A DNA stretch of 64,000 nucleotides from Escherichia phage vB_EcoM_Lh1B: the sequence record OK428535.1. One strand, given 5' to 3'. The notes under the pieces were generated by a model. The model had not been told where the DNA came from. It saw only the letters and a list, made by a program, of their open reading frames with translations, and did no database searches. Within the stretch, counting starts at the first letter, position 1; each line of letters begins with the position of its first letter. The translations under genes and the position numbers were made by a program. Positions 9,167 through 19,272 of this stretch are shown here, piece after piece.

Positions 9167-10090
9167 ATGGACAGCTTTCTTTTTGATTTGGCAGAATCGG
9201 TAAATGTAGATGTAATCGGTATGCGCGAATCCCCGAGTAATTTCTTAAACGGTCTTACTAAAATCGACGAACGTGTGAAATCCAGAAGTGGAGATCCCGC
9301 CATCATCGAGCAATACGCAATAGCCCATTGTGGCGAGATAGGCCAGCACTTTATACCGATTGAGGCGTTCCTAAAGAACTGCTTCGCCGAAGAATGCACC
9401 GCAGACTTCCTGTCTCTTGCCTACGGCTGGCGATACGGGGGTATCCAAATGGAATTTGATCTTAATATTTTTGAACAAGTTCTACTTGGCGACGTTCTCA
9501 CTGAGATACCACGCAGCTGGATAGACAAGATTCCCGGTTGGGCCGTCTCCTTTTCAGTGTGCTATCGCGCTAAAGATATCGGTATCCAAGAAAAGACTTA
9601 CGTTTTCGGTCGGCGAATGTTTAAAGGGAAAGATTGTTTAACAATGATGATTTTTGGAAAACGTATCGAGGGGGAAACCTTTGAAATCGTGGACGTGGGT
9701 GACGGCTTTGTATCCTTGCGTGTGGCGGAAACTGGTACGCCGGCCAATGAGAAAACGTTACGCATTGTCGGCGCTACCATGTTTACATTCTCACTGATCC
9801 CGCACAACCCTACACCCGTCAAACTGAGACAATTAACTGGAAAGAAACGTATCGCCAATTACCACATTGAACCAAAATCTAAACCGACTGTCCTCTCCAC
9901 CGTAAAAGCACAAAGCGAGTATCTTGAAGAATTTGATACTGATACGGAGAAAAGAACACAAGGTAGCAGATGTGCGCATATGCGTCGTGCACACTGGTGT
10001 ACTTACTGGCTCGGTCCACGTGACGGGAATCGGACAAAGATTTTGAAATGGATACCGCCGACATTTGTCAACGGTTCTAAATGCAAATAA
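9167..10090 (+). CDS. hypothetical protein
   Basis: 307-aa ORF with AAGGAG RBS. Confidence 0.6.
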   Translation: MDSFLFDLAESVNVDVIGMRESPSNFLNGLTKIDERVKSRSGDPAIIEQYAIAHCGEIGQHFIPIEAFLKNCFAEECTADFLSLAYGWRYGGIQMEFDLNIFEQVLLGDVLTEIPRSWIDKIPGWAVSFSVCYRAKDIGIQEKTYVFGRRMFKGKDCLTMMIFGKRIEGETFEIVDVGDGFVSLRVAETGTPANEKTLRIVGATMFTFSLIPHNPTPVKLRQLTGKKRIANYHIEPKSKPTVLSTVKAQSEYLEEFDTDTEKRTQGSRCAHMRRAHWCTYWLGPRDGNRTKILKWIPPTFVNGSKCK

Positions 10091-10092
10091 AA

Positions 10093-10141
10093 TAAAGCCT
10101 ACCCACTCCCGTAAGGGGAGTGGGTACTGCTTACTTNNTNT
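10093..10141. terminator. bidirectional intrinsic terminator
   Basis: Stem TACCCACTCCC / GGGAGTGGGTA with GTAAG loop, A-run before and T-run after; near-copy of the 271..318 terminator. Confidence 0.6.
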
Positions 10142-10897
10142 TTATTTTTTGTTTGCTTTCAGGGTCTTGAGGCGATCACCGGTTACGTTCAGACATTCTG
10201 TCAGTTCATTAATCTGTTTCATAAACAGTCCGAACAGCTCAACCCAGTCAGCACCCATGTCAGCCATTTTCACTAACTCTGCCGCCACATTAGGATGGAC
10301 TTGTGAATTAGAGATAATGTCTACAGAGACGTTGATGCTTTCAACTGTACGGTCAATACCTTTCTGGAGTTTCTTAGTCACTTCCAGGTTCAGCGCTTTG
10401 GCACGATTAAACGCAACGTCAATCTCACCTGCACTGTGGTAGGTCTTTTCAATCGCACGCTGGTCGATCACATTGTTGGTGTACGACTTCGCCAGTTTTT
10501 CAACCAGGTCTTTCGGATTGATGTTTTTCAGTGGATAGTTCAGGTCTTTGAACTTAAACCNAATCGNNNGAGTTAACATGCCCNGGTCGTGTGTCATCGC
10601 GCCGAAACGTTTGTCGATGGGACTTAAAACCCCTTCCTGAATCTTCTGGAGCACAGCCCATACAGATTCCAACCGTTCTATGTGGTCCATCACATACGTG
10701 TTGAAGCCCGGTGGTACGGGTACAAGCATTCCGGTAAAGTTTAAAAACTTCTCTTGCTGCATCCACTTGGACACATCAGACATGTCGTCATAGGTGGTCA
10801 GCGCGAGTTCCTGTTGAGAGCCGCTGAAGGCTTTAGGCAGAATCGTGGATGCTTTGGCAACAAAGCCCGACAACGCTGCAAGTGGATTAACATTCAT
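10142..10897 (-). CDS. hypothetical protein
   Basis: 251-aa ORF on the opposite strand to its neighbours, bounded by a bidirectional terminator. Confidence 0.55.
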   Translation of the reverse strand: MNVNPLAALSGFVAKASTILPKAFSGSQQELALTTYDDMSDVSKWMQQEKFLNFTGMLVPVPPGFNTYVMDHIERLESVWAVLQKIQEGVLSPIDKRFGAMTHDXGMLTXXIXFKFKDLNYPLKNINPKDLVEKLAKSYTNNVIDQRAIEKTYHSAGEIDVAFNRAKALNLEVTKKLQKGIDRTVESINVSVDIISNSQVHPNVAAELVKMADMGADWVELFGLFMKQINELTECLNVTGDRLKTLKANKK

Positions 10898-10995
10898 TCT
10901 ATCAACCTCGAATATATAAGGGATTGGGCTACATAGTAAGTCTTTTACGTATCACCCAAACCTTATGTACGAGAACTGCAAAAAGGTAACACCTG

Positions 10996-11295
10996 ATGAA
11001 AATCAAATTACTGACTCGTGCTTTAACCTCTCGTATCGAACCTGAGATTTACACCACCCCGACGAAGAAGAATACCGATGGTAGTCCGATCGTGGTTGGT
11101 AAAATCCTGAACGTGACCACACGTGCTGATGGTCAACGCGTTCTGGAAATCGAAATCGACGAACGTAACCGTAACCGCTTCAAAAGCATTTCTAACATCA
11201 ATCCTAAGGATGACAACCAAGTCACCGAGTGGGCAGAAGTGCATTTCGAAGTTTGGCATAAACGTCGTCTGTTACTCCCACTGAAAAAACGCTAA
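10996..11295 (+). CDS. hypothetical protein
   Basis: 99-aa ORF, basic C-terminus; no clear SD (TAACACCTG precedes ATG). Confidence 0.5.
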   Translation: MKIKLLTRALTSRIEPEIYTTPTKKNTDGSPIVVGKILNVTTRADGQRVLEIEIDERNRNRFKSISNINPKDDNQVTEWAEVHFEVWHKRRLLLPLKKR

Positions 11296-11310
11296 TTGAC
11301 GGNGCGNTAA

Positions 11311-12804
11311 ATGGCAGGTCCAGCTAAACAAGTCATGGGTGAAGTGATTCGCCCTCGTTTTAACGTATATACCATCATGGACCACGCTCTCGGTAACTAC
11401 GAGCGCGGGGAAGATGGTTTGTACTACCTCAACGGTGGTTTTGCCCACATCATGGGCTTCGCAGGTCGTGGGAATACCTTTAAGTCTACCTTATTGGACT
11501 TCTGTATTTTCATGATTCTGCAACGTTATAATGCAGCCTGGGGATCGAAATACGATACCGAAGTTACGGCAGCATTAAGTCGTCTGGAAACGGGGTACAT
11601 TTCCGCAGCGAAAGCAAACGGATTAGAAGTATCGCCAACAGGCGGCGTGCTGGACCTGATCCACGAAGGTCGTTACAACATGGTTGGCTCGGATATCATG
11701 GCGGGTGAGGAGTATTACTCTGCTTATATCCGTGACGAAGTCGAAAAACGTTTCAAAGAGTATATGGCTGGTAAGGCACGTGAAACACCGTTCCCGGACC
11801 CAATCCGTCGCTCTGCGAAAAAGATTCTCGACCCGTGGTTGTACTCGATTGACTCCCTGTCCGAATGGCACACCTCTTCCCTGGAAGAGAAACACGCCAA
11901 ATCAGAAGTCGGTGATTCTGAACAGAACATCCTGAACGCCCACGATGCGCTGCAGAAATCGAACATGATGAGCCGTTGGCCGTCTGCGTTTGCGCGTGGT
12001 GGTTTCTATATGGGCTTCGTTGCTCAGTTGGCCGACGATGCGGGNAAAGCAATGGCGGCAGGTGGCCGGGGTGGACCGAAGGCGAACGGTAAACTGTTGG
12101 ACGATGCAGGCGATGATCTGAAGTTTGCGGGTATCCCGCGCCGTCAGTTGTCGTTCTTAACTAACTCCCTGCTGGTTGCAACCAAGTCTGGTGAGTTGAA
12201 GCAGGATCAGACTTACAACGCGAAGACCGGTGTAAACGAAGAGAAATACCCGACTGCGCGTTCGAAAGCAATGAATGCTTCGGTGAACGACCTGAAAGAA
12301 ATTGTTTTCACGCAGTACCGTGCGAAGGGTGGTCACACAGGCGTTAAGTTCAAAATGGTCTTCTCGCAGGAGATGGGTCTGCTTTATCACCTCTCTCTGT
12401 GGCATTACCTGAGCGACACACTGAAAGATGAATGGGGCTACAAACGTAGTGGTGCTAACTATACCCTCGATTTGCTACCTGGTACATCTTTCATGCGTAC
12501 CACGATTCGCGACATGTGTGACAGCAACCCGCGTTTGCGCCGTGCGTTGGAAATCACCGCCGCACTAGCGTACATGCAGAATAACTACCACCGACTGGAA
12601 ATGAAGTACCATCTCTCACCGGCGGAGCTTTATAAAGTTATCGACGAAAAGTGGGACTGGAATGAAATTCTGGACAATACAGTGGAATACTGGATGTTCA
12701 AGGATCAGGAAGTCAAAGGTGGTAAGCGTTGCTTAACAGCAATGTCATTACTGGCGATGGCCGTGGATGGTCTGGAACCTAAGTTCTTGACTAAGAAGAA
12801 ATAA
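11311..12804 (+). CDS. hypothetical protein
   Basis: 497-aa ORF; GFAGRGNTFKST is not a canonical P-loop, so no function assigned. Confidence 0.6.
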   Translation: MAGPAKQVMGEVIRPRFNVYTIMDHALGNYERGEDGLYYLNGGFAHIMGFAGRGNTFKSTLLDFCIFMILQRYNAAWGSKYDTEVTAALSRLETGYISAAKANGLEVSPTGGVLDLIHEGRYNMVGSDIMAGEEYYSAYIRDEVEKRFKEYMAGKARETPFPDPIRRSAKKILDPWLYSIDSLSEWHTSSLEEKHAKSEVGDSEQNILNAHDALQKSNMMSRWPSAFARGGFYMGFVAQLADDAXKAMAAGGRGGPKANGKLLDDAGDDLKFAGIPRRQLSFLTNSLLVATKSGELKQDQTYNAKTGVNEEKYPTARSKAMNASVNDLKEIVFTQYRAKGGHTGVKFKMVFSQEMGLLYHLSLWHYLSDTLKDEWGYKRSGANYTLDLLPGTSFMRTTIRDMCDSNPRLRRALEITAALAYMQNNYHRLEMKYHLSPAELYKVIDEKWDWNEILDNTVEYWMFKDQEVKGGKRCLTAMSLLAMAVDGLEPKFLTKKK

Positions 12805-12807
12805 GCA

Positions 12808-12834
12808 TGGGCGGGGCAACCCGCCTGTTTTTTC
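12808..12834 (+). terminator. intrinsic terminator
   Basis: Stem GGCGGG / CCCGCC with GCAA loop followed by TGTTTTTT. Confidence 0.5.
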
Positions 12835-12849
12835 CCCTNAGGATTAGCG

Positions 12850-13125
12850 ATGCGTTATCAGAAAGATATTGTAGAGCGTCTGTGTCTGGGTCTCGCTGGT
12901 ATTAGCCAGGAACTTAGCACCGCGTTCCATAACGAGTTCTCAGCACCGCGACATGCACTGTCTGAATTTAGTCATCAGGTAAATGCCCATTACGGCAACC
13001 TGATTAATGATAAACCGAAGGTTGATGCGGTCGGTGTGCCTGAACACAATGAAGATATCCCGTACTGGATTGAAGACCTGGAACGTGTGGTTCTTCCAGT
13101 GCTCCGTGAGAGGATGAAAAAATGA
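12850..13125 (+). CDS. hypothetical protein
   Basis: 91-aa ORF. Confidence 0.45.
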   Translation: MRYQKDIVERLCLGLAGISQELSTAFHNEFSAPRHALSEFSHQVNAHYGNLINDKPKVDAVGVPEHNEDIPYWIEDLERVVLPVLRERMKK

Positions 13126-13790
13126 GATTAGACCCGGCACGGCGAAAAAAAGCAGAAGCTTATGCTTTACAGTTACTGAACTTAGTTGACCCGACCGGGA
13201 TTAACGCGGAAGCTGCCAAGCGCGCTTTCTCACGAATGTCTGACGAAGAGTTCAATCGTCTGCGCGAAGGGTTGCCTGTTTACAACCCAACTGGTGNCAA
13301 GGTCAAAATTGACCATATGCGCAATATTAAAATTTGCGAAGCGATGGGACTGAACTTGTGTCAGCGCCTGTGGCTCACGGAACCGAAAACCGGTATCCTG
13401 CAGCGTACCCGTTACCCCCATTTAGTCTTCCGCCTGCCTGCACGTCGCCAGACGCAGATGCAAGAGAAGAAAATGGCGGTGGCGAAGAACGATAAAGTCC
13501 GCGATAAACTCTCAGGTCAGGTAGTAGGGCCTTCCAAAGCTTCGGGTGTTTCGTTTCCAGAAGCGTACATCATGTACTCGGATGGACACGACTCAACGCT
13601 CCAGGAGTTCCTGTGGGCGCGTGGTGGTAACGATACGTTACAACGTGCGTTCTATCAATCGCTACGGCAAACCGGTAAAGGTCGCATCAACCTGGAAGGG
13701 GCTGAGCGTACCAGTTCAAAAGCGCCGCGTACATGGTCTTCGTACTTTAAAGCAATGCACATCGGTAACAACTTAGGACGCCCGGAATGA
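13122..13790 (+). CDS. hypothetical protein
   Basis: 222-aa ORF; ATGA start/stop overlap with upstream gene. Confidence 0.55.
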   Translation: MRLDPARRKKAEAYALQLLNLVDPTGINAEAAKRAFSRMSDEEFNRLREGLPVYNPTGXKVKIDHMRNIKICEAMGLNLCQRLWLTEPKTGILQRTRYPHLVFRLPARRQTQMQEKKMAVAKNDKVRDKLSGQVVGPSKASGVSFPEAYIMYSDGHDSTLQEFLWARGGNDTLQRAFYQSLRQTGKGRINLEGAERTSSKAPRTWSSYFKAMHIGNNLGRPE

Positions 13791-14515
13791 GATTAGGACG
13801 CCGTTTCTTAGTCGATATCGACACAATCTTCGATACACGAATTGGTTGGGCGAAAGTGTTGCAGCCTGATGTATTAGAGAAGCTTGATTTAGAAGTGTAT
13901 CGGATGCGGTTCACGGATGCGTGGGCCGAAGTGGTAGGAATTCAGGACTGGAATAAAAAGTTCGCGGAGCGTGATAAACGCGCGTTGCAGAACGCGCAGC
14001 CAACAGAAATGTTGCTTACGCTAAAGAACGAAGTACAGGCAATGTTAATGACGATACAGATGCACGCTCCTATCGAGCGACCAGTCTTAACGTTTAACCT
14101 GTGGCCGTACGCCGATCTCGATGATGAAGAACGTCATGCGTTTTTGGAAGAACTGCGTTACTACTATAACGAAGTGCAAGTAGACGTCGTTGTTATTCCT
14201 CACAGCGATCTTACACCAGGACGACTTGCTTCGGCGTGGGACGGTTGGATAATGTACGACTGGTACCCGTGGATAGAACAACACGCGGGCCATTTCCAGA
14301 AACCGATTCCGGACTTCACTATTACCCGACCGAGTATGCTGACCAGCGAATTAACGGAAGAAGCCATCGCGCAAATAAAAAGAGATAAGGTGAACCCCTT
14401 TAAGGAGTCCACCCGTTTTCTTGCTCAGTACGTCGGTACTGACGTAAAGGACACTGCGCTGTTTAGTCTTCGTCGTCATCAGCAGGACGACGACTCGCAA
14501 ACGCAGACGCCATGA
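13787..14515 (+). CDS. hypothetical protein
   Basis: 242-aa ORF; ATGA overlap with upstream gene. Confidence 0.55.
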   Translation: MRLGRRFLVDIDTIFDTRIGWAKVLQPDVLEKLDLEVYRMRFTDAWAEVVGIQDWNKKFAERDKRALQNAQPTEMLLTLKNEVQAMLMTIQMHAPIERPVLTFNLWPYADLDDEERHAFLEELRYYYNEVQVDVVVIPHSDLTPGRLASAWDGWIMYDWYPWIEQHAGHFQKPIPDFTITRPSMLTSELTEEAIAQIKRDKVNPFKESTRFLAQYVGTDVKDTALFSLRRHQQDDDSQTQTP

Positions 14516-14933
14516 TCTGGTCAACGTCAATCTTTTCGCCTACTGGTGCCAACTCACCTTCTTTCGGAGGCCGTACTGCGGCAATCTGTGGGACGGTGGG
14601 TTGGTATCCGTTATTTAAATCTTCTTCATCGTCGTGACGTTTGATACCAACGCCAGCACGGGTCATTAAGAAGCCGTTTAAACTGTTGGCCAAATNTTGA
14701 GTCGCCTCAGCGCCTTTCNCAGCAGCTTTAATTTTCCGCTTCGTCATGACCTGTTTGTCGATGCCGTTGATTAGGCGTTCGATTCGGTCGACGGCTTTTA
14801 AGTCTTTGTGTACTTCACCGTCGTTCACCATATCCGTGACGAGCTTAACGCGTAGCTGTTGTGTTTGGCGGAGAAGCGAATCTTCGTTGTCCACATCTCC
14901 GTCGAACGCTTGGTATTTCACTTCTTCGCTCAT
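14463..14933 (-). CDS. hypothetical acidic protein
   Basis: 156-aa ORF on the minus strand whose 3' end overlaps the 3' end of 13787..14515 by about 50 bp. Confidence 0.45.
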   Translation of the reverse strand: MSEEVKYQAFDGDVDNEDSLLRQTQQLRVKLVTDMVNDGEVHKDLKAVDRIERLINGIDKQVMTKRKIKAAXKGAEATQXLANSLNGFLMTRAGVGIKRHDDEEDLNNGYQPTVPQIAAVRPPKEGELAPVGEKIDVDQIMASAFASRRPADDDED

Positions 14934-14950
14934 GGGATAACCTCATCTCA

Positions 14951-14978
14951 AAAAGAACTCAGACAGATATTATCTATC
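14951..14978 (+). promoter_or_regulatory. candidate phage promoter motif (AT-rich family)
   Basis: AAAAGAACTCAGACAGATATTATCTATC, near-identical in its first half to 46607..46634. Confidence 0.35.
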
Positions 14979-15009
14979 CGAGACAACATCTCATAATAGG
15001 ATAACACCT

Positions 15010-15540
15010 ATGCTTTTTAAATGGCTTTCAACACTCCTGCGTCGTAAGGCTGTAGAAGCTCGCAGACGCTCTTTGGAGGCTGAGTTTCATAAGAATACCC
15101 ATAACACCCTACACAGAGTGATGGTGGGCTTAGAACTCATTACAGAGCCTCTGGAATATAATGGGAAAGAATACCTTCCTTTTTCATTGCGTGGACAACT
15201 CGAATTACGTATTCGAGATTTTGACACGTTGGTGGAGCGATTGGAATTCTTCATTTCTGAGTATAACCGTGTATCCAGTAGCAACATTCCCAATCAACGT
15301 TGGTTAGAGTTGCCTGAGGCAATCGATAGAAAAGGAGAGAGTTCAGAACCACGATGGCTTGATCATTATTTCGGTGCATCCGATCCTGAAGTCGCGCGCG
15401 AAAAACTGCGCACAGTCTTCGCTATGTTAGAACTGTATCAGCGTGCATTTGATAAACAAACACCCGAACAGGATACGCTGTTTAATCAAACCGCACATAT
15501 CTTCCGCGAGTTAGAAGTGATAGTGGAACACTATCTCTAA
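15010..15540 (+). CDS. hypothetical protein
   Basis: 176-aa ORF. Confidence 0.55.
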   Translation: MLFKWLSTLLRRKAVEARRRSLEAEFHKNTHNTLHRVMVGLELITEPLEYNGKEYLPFSLRGQLELRIRDFDTLVERLEFFISEYNRVSSSNIPNQRWLELPEAIDRKGESSEPRWLDHYFGASDPEVAREKLRTVFAMLELYQRAFDKQTPEQDTLFNQTAHIFRELEVIVEHYL

Positions 15541-15573
15541 CTTTTAATCTATTCCCTTGTAACAAGGTGATGT

Positions 15574-16452
15574 ATGGATGATGAGAAAAAGCCGCCGCTG
15601 AATAGCACACGCGAGCAAATTTGGCACGGTACGCCACCGGCGTCAGATTCCAGCTACCCGTTAAGGAAAGCTTATTGGAATCTGGTTAAGTTGATGGGTA
15701 TTAGCGACGGGATATGGAAAGACCTTATCCGTCAACATGTCAACGACCCGGAGTATCTGAAACAGTTTCGCGACAGCAAACTGACCACGATGACCGACCG
15801 CGTTAACCGGCTGAACACCTCACTTACGGGTGGTTCGGTACGTAACCTGACAGTCGATTTTACGTGGAAACGTTTCATCGAGGGATTAGTTATCCTGGAG
15901 ATGCAAACGCTAACAGTCACCCTGCTGACTAAGCGGGGAAGCTTTGACACGAAGTGTTTTGTATTCGACAGTACGTTTGTGCGTGAGGACTTCATTAAGA
16001 ACTTACGTAATGAGAACAGGAAGAAACGTAAAGAGCGTTTCGAGCATCCTGCATCTCACGACGTTAACGAGTATGTCGCGAATATCGACCACACTATCGA
16101 ACATGTGATGAAGCACATTCTCCTGCGTTTAATCTACAAAGTTATTCGTGGGTATAAAATCGATGGTGATAAACTGGAACGGTGGACGACGAACTACGTC
16201 AACAACCCTAAGTTGTGCCCAGGCACATCATCCAAACGTGGGGACAGACGAAACAACATGAAACAGGCGATGCGTCACACCGAGGCAATCACCTGGCGTT
16301 GGTTTCTAATAATCTTACAAGCGCTGGACGTACGTGAGTTCGAAATCACTTTCAAAGTTCGTCATCGTAGTGGTAGAGAATATGAGGTCAGCGACGACGT
16401 TCCGTTAGCGACGTATAGATTCTGGAGTTCCAATGAAACTGAACAACCTTGA
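15574..16452 (+). CDS. hypothetical protein
   Basis: 292-aa ORF with AAGGTGA SD-like sequence. Confidence 0.55.
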   Translation: MDDEKKPPLNSTREQIWHGTPPASDSSYPLRKAYWNLVKLMGISDGIWKDLIRQHVNDPEYLKQFRDSKLTTMTDRVNRLNTSLTGGSVRNLTVDFTWKRFIEGLVILEMQTLTVTLLTKRGSFDTKCFVFDSTFVREDFIKNLRNENRKKRKERFEHPASHDVNEYVANIDHTIEHVMKHILLRLIYKVIRGYKIDGDKLERWTTNYVNNPKLCPGTSSKRGDRRNNMKQAMRHTEAITWRWFLIILQALDVREFEITFKVRHRSGREYEVSDDVPLATYRFWSSNETEQP

Positions 16453-17707
16453 TGGGATTACCAACCAGATAAGCAGCACAACGGGCGCAATAGAGAACAA
16501 AGTTAACGATGTTCAAAACCGTGTCCAGTCAACGATTGGTAATGCCGAGCGCGGTATTGAAAGTGCTCAAAATTTGTACAATAACGTAACCGCCAAAGCA
16601 GGGGAAACTTTCGACAAGATCTCCAACATTGGCAACACGATAAGTGAAAAATTTGGTAACGTGTTCGGGGGCGGCGACCAAGTCACGGTAGGTGGTAAAA
16701 AGGCAGCAGGTTCAGCGGCTTCCGGAGTATCGCCGCCACAACGTGTGCCTACTTTTGCTTCCAACACGAAAGAAGCGCTGCCAGTTATCGATCCACAGAA
16801 GCGCGATGTGTCTGAACCCTTTCAGAAGGTAAACCAGGAAGGGAAAACTGCACTGAGCTATCTCTCACCGGGCGGCGCAGGTAGTCTGTTAAGTAAGGGA
16901 TGGGATACACTGACTGATCTTCGCGATAGTGCTTTAAGCGCGGTCGGGACAGATTATGCGTCAGTGAAAGCTCGCCTGGAGTCCACGATGAACATCGCGG
17001 GACAGCTTGCCAAACTACCTGGTGAGGTACAGCGTGAAATCGGTAACTACGTCGATATGGCCAATAGCGCCAAGTGGCAAGTCACCGCACTGATTGACGA
17101 TGTTACGCACACGTTTGATAGCTTTAAGGACCTGGACGACTTCTTGTCTATCGACGGGATCATTGATAGCTTTACGGGCGGGAGTGGGAATTTCTCCTCG
17201 CTGGATATCAACACCTCGTCTGCGTTGATATACGGTATGTCCACAAAGCTCAATCAATACGGTCTGCCGAATCGCATCGATCCGATGATTCAGGCTATCA
17301 CCGATCCTATTGCACAACAAGCGTTGTACGGCGAACTGATGATACAGGCTGCGGCTGCGGGCAATCTCAATTCTGTTGAGTATTACTTGCCTAAACTACA
17401 GCCAGGTCAAGGTGCTGAGATTGCAGATACTGTTATTCAGAATCTTCTGATGAACCTTAACGTTGAGCCGGGGGTGGGTTACAGCACCTACGGTCAGCGA
17501 CTGTTGACGTTGTTTAATGCGCTTAATCCAAACTGGGATATCTCTAAAACGAATCCTGGAATGGTTGAGCTTAAGCTTTACACGTACGCCAACAGTAATG
17601 CGATTCAAGCACTCCTGACCACCGAGAAACGTCCGTACGTTATCGCCGGTGGTAGTGTCCAATATCAGTCTGCCAGTACGCTGGTGCAGAGCTATTTCGC
17701 CTTGTAA
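16433..17707 (+). CDS. hypothetical protein
   Basis: 424-aa ORF, Gly/Ser-rich middle, overlapping upstream gene end by 20 nt. Confidence 0.55.
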   Translation: MKLNNLDGITNQISSTTGAIENKVNDVQNRVQSTIGNAERGIESAQNLYNNVTAKAGETFDKISNIGNTISEKFGNVFGGGDQVTVGGKKAAGSAASGVSPPQRVPTFASNTKEALPVIDPQKRDVSEPFQKVNQEGKTALSYLSPGGAGSLLSKGWDTLTDLRDSALSAVGTDYASVKARLESTMNIAGQLAKLPGEVQREIGNYVDMANSAKWQVTALIDDVTHTFDSFKDLDDFLSIDGIIDSFTGGSGNFSSLDINTSSALIYGMSTKLNQYGLPNRIDPMIQAITDPIAQQALYGELMIQAAAAGNLNSVEYYLPKLQPGQGAEIADTVIQNLLMNLNVEPGVGYSTYGQRLLTLFNALNPNWDISKTNPGMVELKLYTYANSNAIQALLTTEKRPYVIAGGSVQYQSASTLVQSYFAL

Positions 17708-17716
17708 GGTACCTCT

Positions 17717-18568
17717 ATGTCGAAAGATGAAGGTAAGTTTTTGCGTAGTGCGTTGGAACGTCTACGTGTCGATGGTGCATCGGTGGATGCTTTGGCGGCT
17801 GCTTTTGGGTTTACGTTGCCCGCCTCGGTAGAAGCCACATATCCTGTTTTACGTCCCATCCTACCACCAGAAGAAAAGGAAGCCTTTGTACGCTATTTAC
17901 TGCGTATGGGTTACCAGAGTACCTTGGTGGATATCACGCCGTCTACAGACGGTCTGAATCACTTCAACATCTATTCGCAGGGGCGAACTGAGATAGGTCG
18001 GATGGCGAGTAACTTCTATGCTCGCCCTGGTGAGTATTTTGTTACCCCCCACGGACCTTTCCGGACGCTCGAAGGTTATTATCATTACCTGCGTATTCTG
18101 GATTACTTAATGCGTGAAATTNATAACCGCACTTTGGTGATGGAATTTGATATCATGNNACAGGCAGTGAACACCTGGCCTGATATTGAGAAGTTGCGTG
18201 CACTAGATGGCACCGACTGTATCCGGCTAGGTCGTAATCTGAAAGCGGAAATCTACGGAGGAACCAGTTATAAGCCCGGTTCATTTACCCCGGTTACAGA
18301 AAGCCGCTTTATCCATGCGCTGGTAAATAAACTCTTTATACTGTCGGTCGACGGGACATCGTTAGGTAATGTATTTGCAGAGATTCTGCGAGCACGTATC
18401 CCGCTTAAGCATTATTACATGATGCAAGGGCGTAAGATATTCCCAGCACACTGGGACTGGCTACCAAATCTGATTGAGATGATAGCTGAACATATCGATC
18501 CTGAGGACAGTACGTTTGATCGAACCGAACTTTTGAAGAAACTAGGAATCGATGATGGGACTATTTGA
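17717..18568 (+). CDS. hypothetical protein
   Basis: 283-aa ORF. Confidence 0.55.
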   Translation: MSKDEGKFLRSALERLRVDGASVDALAAAFGFTLPASVEATYPVLRPILPPEEKEAFVRYLLRMGYQSTLVDITPSTDGLNHFNIYSQGRTEIGRMASNFYARPGEYFVTPHGPFRTLEGYYHYLRILDYLMREIXNRTLVMEFDIMXQAVNTWPDIEKLRALDGTDCIRLGRNLKAEIYGGTSYKPGSFTPVTESRFIHALVNKLFILSVDGTSLGNVFAEILRARIPLKHYYMMQGRKIFPAHWDWLPNLIEMIAEHIDPEDSTFDRTELLKKLGIDDGTI

Positions 18569-19214
18569 TATTCTCAAAAACTTAGACGAGCAGCAGGAAA
18601 AAGAAGTCATTACTGTTGCGCGTGAGTCCATCTCTACGGAGAAGGAACGTGAGTATTGCATGTGGGTTAAACCCACTGAAGAAGGTTGGCAATGGCTGTT
18701 TGGTCAGACAGGTGAAACGTTCCTGGATGTGATTATGCCGGTCGTTAACGGCAAACGTCGTGTGCGGTTGTCCACCGATAAAACCGCAGTGTTGACGTTA
18801 AAACGGCAAGCATCTGACGGACGTATCGAAGAGAACTCGGATATCGGGTTTGCTTCGGGTCTGACCTTCTACGAAGATGGCAATCTTGCACATCTCGTGC
18901 GTCGTATCAAACTCGAACCAGGTGAACTGGCAGAGCAAGGTGCGAAGCATTGGGATATTGATCTGTTCTTTAAACTGGCAGGTCACCCAGTTATCGAATC
19001 GCAGGCAGGTTTCGAAGACCTTGTCAACGAACTGCGCGACTCCACGACATTCGGCGAGTGGGTAAAAGTCGAACTGGAAGTTGAGCGATTTGAGCTGACG
19101 TCTATCAAGGACGTATTGCCGTTTGCAGTAGAAGACGCTATTCCAGGCAACCCGTCGGATGCTGAAGCCCAGGAAGTCATTCGGAACTACTGGGATAATG
19201 AAACCCGCATCTAA
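18552..19214 (+). CDS. hypothetical protein
   Basis: 220-aa ORF. Confidence 0.55.
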   Translation: MMGLFDILKNLDEQQEKEVITVARESISTEKEREYCMWVKPTEEGWQWLFGQTGETFLDVIMPVVNGKRRVRLSTDKTAVLTLKRQASDGRIEENSDIGFASGLTFYEDGNLAHLVRRIKLEPGELAEQGAKHWDIDLFFKLAGHPVIESQAGFEDLVNELRDSTTFGEWVKVELEVERFELTSIKDVLPFAVEDAIPGNPSDAEAQEVIRNYWDNETRI

Positions 19215-19218
19215 GTCG

Positions 19219-19255
19219 TGCCCTCTCCTTCGGGAGAGGGTATCTTTATTTTTTA
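19219..19255 (+). terminator. intrinsic terminator
   Basis: Stem CCCTCTCC / GGAGAGGG with TTCG loop followed by T-tract. Confidence 0.6.
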
Positions 19256-19272
19256 TCTTAAGGAGTATGTAA

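Noticed and set aside
11311-12804. GFAGRGNTFKST in the 497-aa protein considered as a RecA/ATPase P-loop
   Set aside because: Does not fit GxxxxGK[ST] and no Walker B follows at the expected distance
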